Assembly: GCA_020434205.1 (NCBI GenBank)
Contig: JAGRBF010000159.1
Location: 1 to 43,495 of the forward strand
From: Calditrichota bacterium
GTDB taxonomy: Bacteria; Calditrichota; Calditrichia; RBG-13-44-9; J075
Reading direction: 5' to 3'
DNA length: 43,495 nucleotides
In this document: piece by piece, positions 36,609 through 43,495 of the stretch
Layout: every line of letters begins with the position of its first letter
Position numbering within the stretch: position 1 is the first letter of the stretch
Made by a program: the position numbers and the translations under genes
The notes under the pieces: model-generated
Seen by the model: only the letters and a program-made list of their open reading frames with translations
Told to the model about the DNA's origin: nothing
The model's database searches: none

Positions 36609-37415
36609 CTAAAACCGCCGGCCTTTGATATAACGCATCAGGGCCATGGGCAGGAAATCGTCCAGGCGCTCCACTTCCCGGTCGCTCAATTCGATAAGAT
36701 GGATGCCGTTTCGCCGATAACTGGCCACTTTTGCTTCTTTCTTTGCAAGGTAGGCAGGGTCATTCTCCCTACCCCAGAATTCGATGTAAACATCGCCCTC
36801 AGGCAGGTAAAAATCCGGATAGTAAATCTCATTCGTGTTATCCGGCATGATCAGCTTCTTCTCGTAAGCATGAACAAGGCGATGGTGATAAAACCAATTG
36901 TCAATCAATACTTCAGCCCGGGATCGGACGTAATGACCATCCTCGCATAAGAAATTTGCAGGATACTTTTTGCGATAATCATCTTCATCGAAAAGGGCAA
37001 TGGGCCTTGGTGTTGCAGTCTGAGAAATGGTGCCGGCAGGCCTTTTTTTCTCTCCATGGCTATAATCGTTAGCATATTTCTTCCTGGTCTGGGGGCTGTG
37101 GTTGTTTCGTCGCTGTTCCTGAAGTTCCAACAACTCATTCAGATCCGCTTCTATTCGCTCAATCAGATAAGAATCTTCAAAATTTTCATTCAACGTTTCC
37201 GCCATAGCCAGAAAGCGAATCAGGTCCTGGTTGCTAATCCTGGCAGAAGGATTGTTTTTCAGCTCGTCTCTGAAATAGAAGTAAGAATCCCTGATTTCGT
37301 GGCGGGCATAATCGTTGTATTCCCGTTCAATCAGTTCTTGCTTGGTATGAAAACACTTTCTGCACAATGGAAAGCCAAAAGCCTCTTCATCGCAGATAAG
37401 ACATCCATCGCCCAT
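36609..37415 (-). CDS. Zinc-ribbon + PD-(D/E)xK-type nuclease-like protein
   Basis: GGAGG lies 6 nt upstream of the ATG. N-terminal CLICDEEAFGFPLCRKCF (CxxC-x9-CxxC). C-terminal ..DGHYVRSRAEVLIDNWF..YEKKL..IYYPDFYLPEGDVYIEFWG.. matches the S.E ... PDF ... ExW/K arrangement of restriction-endonuclease-fold domains (as at the N-terminus of HelD/helicase IV-like proteins, TnsA-like). Confidence 0.65.
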   Translation of the reverse strand: MGDGCLICDEEAFGFPLCRKCFHTKQELIEREYNDYARHEIRDSYFYFRDELKNNPSARISNQDLIRFLAMAETLNENFEDSYLIERIEADLNELLELQEQRRNNHSPQTRKKYANDYSHGEKKRPAGTISQTATPRPIALFDEDDYRKKYPANFLCEDGHYVRSRAEVLIDNWFYHHRLVHAYEKKLIMPDNTNEIYYPDFYLPEGDVYIEFWGRENDPAYLAKKEAKVASYRRNGIHLIELSDREVERLDDFLPMALMRYIKGRRF

Positions 37416-37586
37416 TTGGCGCCTCCGTGAACCCGTCGAATTTCGTTGCTAAAGATTCGCAATCTTTGATCTTTGAATTAGTGATATCTCCCAACATTTT
37501 CTGCTGAAATTATTCGACAAATGGGATTGGGTAAACAGGAAAAGTGATAAGTTTCGGTTTCATGGCTGATTCGCCCTAAATGGGGA

Positions 37587-39800
37587 TCAAACCTTCCTTA
37601 CCGGGAACTTCTGGGAGTGGAATTTTTTGGTTAAATTATTCTCGGAAATTTTAAACCCGCACTGCCGGTTGCCGCAATAAACGAAACGTTTTCCATTCTT
37701 TTCAAACAAAATAAGCGCGGAACCGCATTCAGGGCAAAACCCCACCGGATTTTCTTCTGCACAGCTTTTGCAGCAGCTGCCACAATTCCGACAAATATAA
37801 CGTTTGTTGCGGCATCGCTGCCGAAGATCCCTTGAGTCAATTATTGTGTAGCAGCCAAAGCCAAGGCAATGGTTAATGTAATAGTCCTTTCCATTCTCGG
37901 GGCAATTGGGAGAGACACAATGGAAAACGGTAACGCGATAAGCTGCCGTGAGCCTCTCTTTAACAAAGGCTTTTTGTTCAGGTGAATACCTGGCGTATTC
38001 AATATTTCTGGCATATTCTAAATTGGGAACCATTAAACTCGAGCATCCGCGACATTCCAGGACCTCAATTATTTCCTTAAGCCGGTTAAAATAACCAGCG
38101 AGCTTTATGGGAAAGTCCTCTCTTGCAGGATCTCCATTTTTCGAATAATGGAACCCAAGGTGCTCAAACCAGTCGTAAATATTGTAATCCCAATAATGCT
38201 TTCCGGTTTGTGGCAAGACCTCAGGGTTAGAGCAAATTTCGCCCCGGCAGAGATACTTCTTACCATCATCTTCATTTTCAAGCCACAAAAACGCCTCGCA
38301 TGAAAGTCCCCGCCGACCCATAGTGGCGCATTGTGGAAAAAGCCGAAAAACCCCTTCTTCATTGATGTCAATCTGCTTTTCTCCCAATGTCGACCAGAGT
38401 TTCGTGGCAAATGCCTCCATGGTCGTTTCAAGGGAATTGCCACTCAATAGCAATTGAAATAGCTCCGCGAGGGCAAAAAATTCAAACTTTGTTTTGAGAC
38501 GGTCGGAGTGAGCGTAAACAGAATAAAATTCCAGATTTTTTTCGAATAAGTGTTTTTTAAAGATATACGGCTCAGCCAGACTCCAAAGCTGTTTATCTTT
38601 GAGCAACTGTTCCAATTTGGGCAAAATTTGCTTTTTTGCAAAAGGAGACAGTTGCTCGTCCTCGCCTCGAAAAATAGTTCTTACAACCTGATCATACCCG
38701 CTTGATAGAGTCTCCCGAACTTCTTTCCCTAAATTTAGCCCCTTTAATTGCAAAGCCAATGCAACGGTTGCCGGGAGTTGATCAATATTCTCCTTGAGGA
38801 ACGTGATTTTAAGGTTGGTCTCCAAAGAAGAAATAAAATTAAAAATAGTCTCTTCATTCTCTTTTAAAATGCCATTTGAAATAAGTTCAAGCTTAACACC
38901 ATTAGCCAGAATACTCTCAATCGATAATCCCAGAATGGGGTGAAAAAAAATCTTGCTCCAGTTGGGAGCATCCCTTATCGCATAGAGAAATCTTTCCAGG
39001 ATTTCAAAACTACTGTTGAGCCTAATGCTAATGGCTTCTATCAGGGTTGTATGTTTATCCGGTTCAGCGAAAAGAAAGCTGAGATAGCCTGGGTGATAAA
39101 TGAGATATTTAACAGGCACAACGCCGTATCTTACCAATTCATGTAAATCAATTGGAGATATTTCCGTCATAAATCTGGAAATATTTTTGTTGATATAATT
39201 GGCGACTTTGGGGTCCTTAAAATAAATTTGTTTTTGAGGCGACTGAAGTAGGAAGGCCAGGTTTTTGGCAGTCAATTTGTTGCAGATTAAAATGGGAAGA
39301 GGTGGGGCAATTTGTTCTTTCCCGGTTAAAAACGTATCAATTTTTTTGAATAGCTCGTCCGGACCATAAAATGAAATGTCATCTTCATTCTGGGCATAAA
39401 GGGCAGGCACCATTTCACAAAATTCGAAAACATTCATTTCGCCCAGAATTTTGGTGGTGATCAATTGTCTTTGGCTTTTTTTGAAATCAAGCTGTGCAAA
39501 AAATCGCTGATGATTCTCCTTATTGGTTCTTAGTAAATTGAAGAAAATCTTCAGGTGATTTAGGTCTTCATTGGCGATGTGAACATTGGCTGCAGCTTTT
39601 TTGCCCTTCCGCTCCACTTCAATAAAAAGTATGATGTCATTGTCGTTGAGGCTTTCCACTCCCTGAAGTTCATTCCTGTGAACGTAAATATTCTCCCCGA
39701 GCATGGATTCTGCAAAACCAAAATTGTTGATGCAATCCAATTTGCGATTATATCCGCCAAACCACTTGACCAACCCAATCTGGTAACCCTTAGCGTCCAT
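37587..39800 (-). CDS. 737-aa paralogue of the 903-aa cold-shock-domain / helical / multi-zinc-ribbon protein
   Basis: GAGGA lies 5 nt upstream of the ATG. N-terminal GLVKWFGGYNRKLDCINNFGFAES is a CSD motif with an insertion. The C-terminal blocks align with the 903-aa protein: CRGEICSNPE / CRGRICSKPN; LAGYFNRLKEIIEVLECRGC / YAGWANRMNEILNRLECRAC; HCLGFGCYTIIDSRD / HCLNPDCSGENNHIIDSRD; CPECGSAL / CPKCGEIL. Confidence 0.7.
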   Translation of the reverse strand: MDAKGYQIGLVKWFGGYNRKLDCINNFGFAESMLGENIYVHRNELQGVESLNDNDIILFIEVERKGKKAAANVHIANEDLNHLKIFFNLLRTNKENHQRFFAQLDFKKSQRQLITTKILGEMNVFEFCEMVPALYAQNEDDISFYGPDELFKKIDTFLTGKEQIAPPLPILICNKLTAKNLAFLLQSPQKQIYFKDPKVANYINKNISRFMTEISPIDLHELVRYGVVPVKYLIYHPGYLSFLFAEPDKHTTLIEAISIRLNSSFEILERFLYAIRDAPNWSKIFFHPILGLSIESILANGVKLELISNGILKENEETIFNFISSLETNLKITFLKENIDQLPATVALALQLKGLNLGKEVRETLSSGYDQVVRTIFRGEDEQLSPFAKKQILPKLEQLLKDKQLWSLAEPYIFKKHLFEKNLEFYSVYAHSDRLKTKFEFFALAELFQLLLSGNSLETTMEAFATKLWSTLGEKQIDINEEGVFRLFPQCATMGRRGLSCEAFLWLENEDDGKKYLCRGEICSNPEVLPQTGKHYWDYNIYDWFEHLGFHYSKNGDPAREDFPIKLAGYFNRLKEIIEVLECRGCSSLMVPNLEYARNIEYARYSPEQKAFVKERLTAAYRVTVFHCVSPNCPENGKDYYINHCLGFGCYTIIDSRDLRQRCRNKRYICRNCGSCCKSCAEENPVGFCPECGSALILFEKNGKRFVYCGNRQCGFKISENNLTKKFHSQKFPVRKV

Positions 39801-39854
39801 GAATATCCTCAGCCTTTTCCGCCCTTAAAAAGCTCTTTTCACAGGTGATTTTTT

Positions 39855-40397
39855 CTAATCCACCGTTGCAAAAATTCTGTCAAGGCCTTCAAATTCAGGA
39901 TTCCTCCGAATAAATTCCTTTAATTCTTCCTTGGTCATTGGTTTTATTTTGTTCCTGACTTCCGTAGCAGTTTCGACGTAACCCTCCTCCATCCGTCTCG
40001 GTGAAATAAAAATTTGGGATTTGGTTTTTTGGAAAAGTTTGAAAAACAGGCTGCCGTGGGTGAGAAAGGGTGAAACAAACCAAAATGAACCGCCTCCGGA
40101 ACCGGGAAGATTTTGAAGGCCCTGATAGAAAATTTCCGGGATTTCGAACTTGTTTTCGCCGGTTTGGATGAGGGGCAAACCTAAGTTCTCAATGTGATGA
40201 CGGTTTTCATGGGTAATAGTAAAATAGTCTGGCTCGAAGTCGTAGGTAGAGGAAAAGAAATTGCTCGATGACGTGGTAAAATTTTTGTTTGCAAAGTGAA
40301 CTTCTATTGTGCCGCTCAGGTCGCGGTATTTCTCGACAATTATACACCCGCCATTTTTGCCAACATAAAGCAATGGCGGGTTTGGGATTGTATACAT
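39855..40397 (-). CDS. Hypothetical 180-aa protein immediately upstream of the 737-aa gene
   Basis: ORF track gives 39855..40523. I moved the start to ATG 40397 (AGGAG 6 nt upstream; MYTIPNPPLLYVGK..). It is 54 nt from the 737-aa gene on the same strand. No recognisable motif. Confidence 0.5.
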   Translation of the reverse strand: MYTIPNPPLLYVGKNGGCIIVEKYRDLSGTIEVHFANKNFTTSSSNFFSSTYDFEPDYFTITHENRHHIENLGLPLIQTGENKFEIPEIFYQGLQNLPGSGGGSFWFVSPFLTHGSLFFKLFQKTKSQIFISPRRMEEGYVETATEVRNKIKPMTKEELKEFIRRNPEFEGLDRIFATVD

Positions 40398-40667
40398 ATG
40401 TTGCTCCTGTGTTGATTTCCCCCTTCTGTTAGGATAATTGAAGGGGTATTGTTTTACTCGTAAGGTAAAGAGCTCAAAAAATTTCCCCGGAGCAGGGGAG
40501 GCATCGTGCAGGTAGGCTAACAATCGGTTGGCTGGTCGGATTCCCCACTCCCATCGGAACTTTTCAAGAAAGCATGATTATAGCCTTCAGGTCGTGATTT
40601 ATGCAATGGGGTGGGGAATAAAGTTTATGACAATTGGACCCGGAAAATTGTTTTTGCCTCAATTGCC

Positions 40668-41555
40668 TCAGCAGTCCTCTTCATCTGTGTTGTCCTCCAG
40701 GGCTTCCGCCTCCAAAGCCCTCGCGTATTCCTGAGACAAGGAAAGCTCCGGGGAATCCAGCTCGGACATTTTAACCGCAAAGTTGAAGACCCGCCGGGCC
40801 TGTTTGGTGATGGCCCGGCGCTGGGTCTGATCGCTCCGCAGGAACTTTGCTTCCAAAGAATCCACAAAGGGCTGAAGACTCGGCTCGGTATAGGCTTCCA
40901 GCTTCAGGAACATCAAATTGACCATAAACTCCCTGGGGAGTTTTTCTTCGGCAAATAGCCAGAGGCTCTGGTATTGCGGTAGGTGTCGCAGGGTCCGGAA
41001 GTAGCTGCGCAGGTCCTGGGGGCTCATTGCGCCGATGTCATAGAAATTTCTGAGGAAGTCTTCGATATGCCCCCTGGCCCACAACTCCCGGATTTGCGGA
41101 TCGGAGCACATTTTGGCGCGGTAACGACTTCTCTCCAGGAAGGGATCAACCTGGTGGTGAAGCTCGACATAAGCCCGTAAACGCTCGCTTAACAGGATTT
41201 CCATGGCGGGTTCCGAGGGATGATAGCTTTTGTCCATCGGTCTGAAAGTCCTGGCAAAATGTTCCTCGCCGAGGGCCAGATAACTTGATTTGGTGGGCAG
41301 AACCGTGAATGGAAATAGCTTGAGTTTTTCCATAACGGCCGGATAACCAAAAGCCTCTTTTTTGAATTTGTTGAAAAAGGTGGAATGCGGCACGGTCAGA
41401 TCCCAATACCTCTGGAATTCTTCCCGCATCAAGTGAATGATAAAACGTTGATAGGGGAGACGGGTGATCCCGCGGCCTAAGATAGATTGGTCCCCTTCTT
41501 CTTTTTTGGTGACCTGCCTGCCTGATTTCCGCTCCGTTATTTGCACCGATTCCAT
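40668..41555 (-). CDS. Hypothetical protein, distant paralogue of 41927..42811
   Basis: Shares LPYQRFIIHL / RRPYQRFVDHL and FLRNFYDIGAMSPQDLRSYF / YLSWFFDLGTLSETERNAFL blocks with the 294-aa neighbour. Acidic C-terminal tail. No known domain recognised. Confidence 0.55.
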   Translation of the reverse strand: MESVQITERKSGRQVTKKEEGDQSILGRGITRLPYQRFIIHLMREEFQRYWDLTVPHSTFFNKFKKEAFGYPAVMEKLKLFPFTVLPTKSSYLALGEEHFARTFRPMDKSYHPSEPAMEILLSERLRAYVELHHQVDPFLERSRYRAKMCSDPQIRELWARGHIEDFLRNFYDIGAMSPQDLRSYFRTLRHLPQYQSLWLFAEEKLPREFMVNLMFLKLEAYTEPSLQPFVDSLEAKFLRSDQTQRRAITKQARRVFNFAVKMSELDSPELSLSQEYARALEAEALEDNTDEEDC

Positions 41556-41704
41556 AATAAATCCTTTTGTAATAGGTCCTTTAAAGTGGTTTTCGCCAGG
41601 TCAAAAAAACCTAACGATCTGTAAAACGTCCTTATTTCATCGCTATTGGTTGAGGCGATACGAAATCAAGGATTTTTTGTAAAAAATTCATTGCCCGGGC
41701 ATGC

Positions 41705-41912
41705 GGCGGTTCCGCCAATCGCCCCCGGCGGTCCCGCCACAGGGGGCGTGACCTACATTCGGCCCCCGCCGGTCCCGCCACCCCGGCCTAAAACCTACCG
41801 GGGCAGGCTCTACCACCTGCGTAACGCTATCTTCCACCCCGGCCAACGGCATACGGCATACGGCATACGGCAACCGGCAATCGTTTGTCCCGCCACGGGG
41901 GCCGTGACCTAC
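41705..41912. repeat. GC-rich REP/iteron-like direct repeats in an intergenic region
   Basis: The 26-mer GTCCCGCCAC(A/G)GGGG(G/C)CGTGACCTAC occurs at 41731-41756 and 41887-41912 (24/26 identical, 156 bp apart). Each copy is an imperfect palindrome (GTCCCGCC...GGCGTGAC). Core GGTCCCGCCAC also occurs at 41771-41781, and a variant GGCGGTTCCGCCA at 41705-41717. Confidence 0.6.
41847..41872. repeat. Tandem heptamer (CGGCATA) x3.7
   Basis: CGGCATA CGGCATA CGGCATA CGGCA read directly at 41847-41872. It is flanked by related CCGGCCAA / ACCGGCAA. Confidence 0.8.
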
Positions 41913-41926
41913 GTACCCTCTTACCC

Positions 41927-42811
41927 TCATATTTTCGTACCCTCGTGACCTGCCTCCCCCCTCTCCCGTGCCGCGGCCTGCTCGGCGTCGATGCGGGCGT
42001 TGTGGGCCAGGATGTCCTCCATGGTCAGCTCGTCGTGGGGTTGTGGCTCGCGCCTGAGGGTGATCATCTCGAAGAGCTTCAGGTGGTGATTCTCCACTTC
42101 ACCGCCCAAACGATCGAAGACCTGGGAAAGGTCGCGCAGGGCCACGATTCCGGATTGAACCCGGGCCTGATCCCCGCCCAGCAGGTTCTCCTCCAGCTGG
42201 GCGAGCAGGCTGTTCATGATCACCAGGAGACGATCGTTGAGGGAGCTTTTGCCTTTCAGCTCCAGCATCTCCAGGAGCATGCTCTGGGAGATGGTCCCGG
42301 TATGCTGAGCCAGGTGATAACGATAGAAATCATCTTCCCGAACCTGGGCCAGAAAGGCGTTGCGTTCGGTTTCGCTGAGGGTGCCCAGATCGAAGAACCA
42401 GCTCAGGTATTCAGCAATAATCGCGGTTCCGGGGGCTTCCTGAATCCCGTTAGCCATACTCAGGCGCAGCTGAATGCGCTGGGGCGAGTAACCCATCAGA
42501 GCGAGGACCTCAATACAGCGCCGCAGGTGCTCTCTTTCCAGGATATCAAGGACATCCTCATCGGGTCCATCTCCCACGGTGGGACGCCGGCCGTTTGTCA
42601 TGAAATACGCCCGGAAGCGATTGGCATGCTCTTCCCGGGAGGGCAGATTGTGCAGGGGGTATTCCTCAAGCCCGGCCTTTACCTCATCATAAGCGAAGGA
42701 AAGCTGCTCCAGATCCCGCATCCGGGAGGGTTTGCGTCGCCAGCGCACCTTAGCCGTGCGAAGGGCGGTGTAGGTCAGATGATCGACAAAGCGCTGATAG
42801 GGTCTTCTCAT
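41927..42811 (-). CDS. Hypothetical protein (paralogue of 40668..41555)
   Basis: The ATG overlaps the stop of the upstream 125-aa gene (ATGA at 42808-42811). Composition is protein-like, unlike the 310-aa antisense ORF. No known domain recognised. Confidence 0.55.
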   Translation of the reverse strand: MRRPYQRFVDHLTYTALRTAKVRWRRKPSRMRDLEQLSFAYDEVKAGLEEYPLHNLPSREEHANRFRAYFMTNGRRPTVGDGPDEDVLDILEREHLRRCIEVLALMGYSPQRIQLRLSMANGIQEAPGTAIIAEYLSWFFDLGTLSETERNAFLAQVREDDFYRYHLAQHTGTISQSMLLEMLELKGKSSLNDRLLVIMNSLLAQLEENLLGGDQARVQSGIVALRDLSQVFDRLGGEVENHHLKLFEMITLRREPQPHDELTMEDILAHNARIDAEQAAARERGEAGHEGTKI

Positions 42812-43185
42812 TGCTGATCCTCACCGTCGTTCGGTTCAACTTCCCCGAGCAAGCTTATTAATTGGGTGATGGGCATGGCGAGGACCTGCTCTTCGGTGAA
42901 CTGCCCCCGCTTCAGCAGCTGAGACTGCAGGCTGAGGTATTTGCGCACCGTCTGAGGGGCCAGCCCCAATCCCAATTCGCCCAAGAGCTGCAAAACGGCC
43001 TTAAAGGACATTGCCTCGCGCCGGTAGCCTATTTGCTCCTGATACTGCCGCAAAGCCCGCCAGAAGTCGATCTCGGCCTTCAGACGGATCTTCAGCAGCA
43101 TCACCAGATCGGTCAGAAAGACCCATTTCTCCGGTGTCCCGTTATTCAACCGTTTGCCCCCTTCATCACTGCGATTTGCACGCAT
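42808..43185 (-). CDS. Small protein with putative HTH (ParB/KorB- or small-terminase-like, speculative)
   Basis: AAGGAG lies 6 nt upstream of ATG 43185. The segment SFKAVLQLLGELGLGLAPQTVRKYLSLQSQLL looks like an HTH followed by a recognition helix. It is the first gene of a coupled operon. Confidence 0.5.
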   Translation of the reverse strand: MRANRSDEGGKRLNNGTPEKWVFLTDLVMLLKIRLKAEIDFWRALRQYQEQIGYRREAMSFKAVLQLLGELGLGLAPQTVRKYLSLQSQLLKRGQFTEEQVLAMPITQLISLLGEVEPNDGEDQQ

Positions 43186-43281
43186 TTAGCACTCCTTTGT
43201 AGAATAAATTCAACCCTTTACCCAAATTGGCCATAATTCAATCATCAAGTAGCAGCGTGCCATTTCAAGAGAAATTTTGGG

Positions 43282-43323
43282 TTTTTTTATTTTTTTTGAT
43301 GGGGGGAGTGTAAAGGGGGGGGG
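43282..43323. repeat. Cluster of homopolymer tracts (T7, T8, G6, G9) upstream of the 43185 operon
   Basis: T7 at 43282-43288, T8 at 43290-43297, G6 at 43301-43306, G9 at 43315-43323, read directly. They lie about 100-140 nt upstream of the minus-strand start at 43185. Confidence 0.8.
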
Positions 43324-43495
43324 AAACCCGCCCCTAACGTTCAACCACCATACGCCCTCAGGCCCTTATGGGCCGTTTTGTGCATTCCCGCTTTTTGCTT
43401 GATCTTTTATTGTCCTTTTGGCCCAGGCCCCAAAAGGACCAAAAGCGCCTTTGGCAAAATAAACTCGCCCTCCCGGCTCGGACATATTTTGCCCC

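Noticed and set aside
15187-39800. The two CSD/zinc-ribbon paralogues as ends of a composite transposon carrying the DISARM-like cassette
   Set aside because: Similarity is visible only at protein level (diverged). I found no DDE/serine/tyrosine recombinase motifs in them and no terminal inverted repeats. Homologous recombination between them remains a speculative possibility only.
41700-41915. Possible CRISPR array or retron-like ncRNA in the GC-rich repeat spacer
   Set aside because: There are only two full 26-nt repeat copies plus partial cores, with irregular spacing. No cas genes and no reverse transcriptase are in the window. A REP/iteron-like interpretation fits better.
41885-42817. 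310-aa plus-strand ORF mirroring the 294-aa minus-strand gene
   Set aside because: The minus-strand reading has ATGA coupling to the upstream gene, a strong upstream operon SD, balanced charged-residue composition and a paralogue next door. The plus-strand product is G/Q/L/H-rich and starts inside the repeat spacer.
43360-43460. Hairpins GGCCC-ttat-GGGCC and GTCCTTTTGG-N8-CCAAAAGGAC near the right edge as an ncRNA or terminator
   Set aside because: The stems are real (5 and 10 bp), but neither strand shows a following U-tract. There is no adjacent gene end within the window, so the context is cut off by the window edge and no call is possible.

Overview
Bacterial chromosomal segment with an AT-leaning background. 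A T9SS-type sorting domain (NYPNPFNP) suggests an FCB-group-like organism. I saw no rRNA, tRNA, CRISPR array or recombinase gene. Left ~8.4 kb holds envelope and signalling genes: a TPR-CHAT protein, an ECF sigma/anti-sigma pair, a YWTD beta-propeller T9SS cargo, and a GNAT-like acyltransferase plus ICMT-family methyltransferase. From ~8.6 to ~40.5 kb is a dense defence island. (i) An ABC/AAA_15-21-type ATPase is translationally coupled to an uncharacterised 320-aa partner. (ii) A decayed Mrr-like endonuclease remnant follows. (iii) A minus-strand gene string encodes a 903-aa cold-shock-domain / helical / multi-zinc-ribbon protein, a PLD (HKD) nuclease and an HNH nuclease. (iv) A sharply GC-rich ~16 kb cassette encodes an SNF2 helicase, a 1565-aa NPPW adenine methyltransferase, a 2095-aa DEAD/DEAH-helicase+DUF1998 giant and a UvrD-like helicase. 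This cassette looks like a class-1-DISARM-like / Druantia-DruE-like hybrid. (v) A membrane coiled-coil protein sits next to a DUF1232 protein. (vi) A second, diverged 737-aa paralogue of the cold-shock/zinc-ribbon protein sits between a small unknown gene and a zinc-ribbon PD-(D/E)xK nuclease gene. The right end is a GC-rich three-gene block of unknown function with REP/iteron-like repeats. My best candidates for an undescribed system are the duplicated cold-shock/zinc-ribbon protein + interchangeable-nuclease modules and the fused-architecture DISARM-like cassette. All family assignments rest on motifs read by eye; no searches were run.
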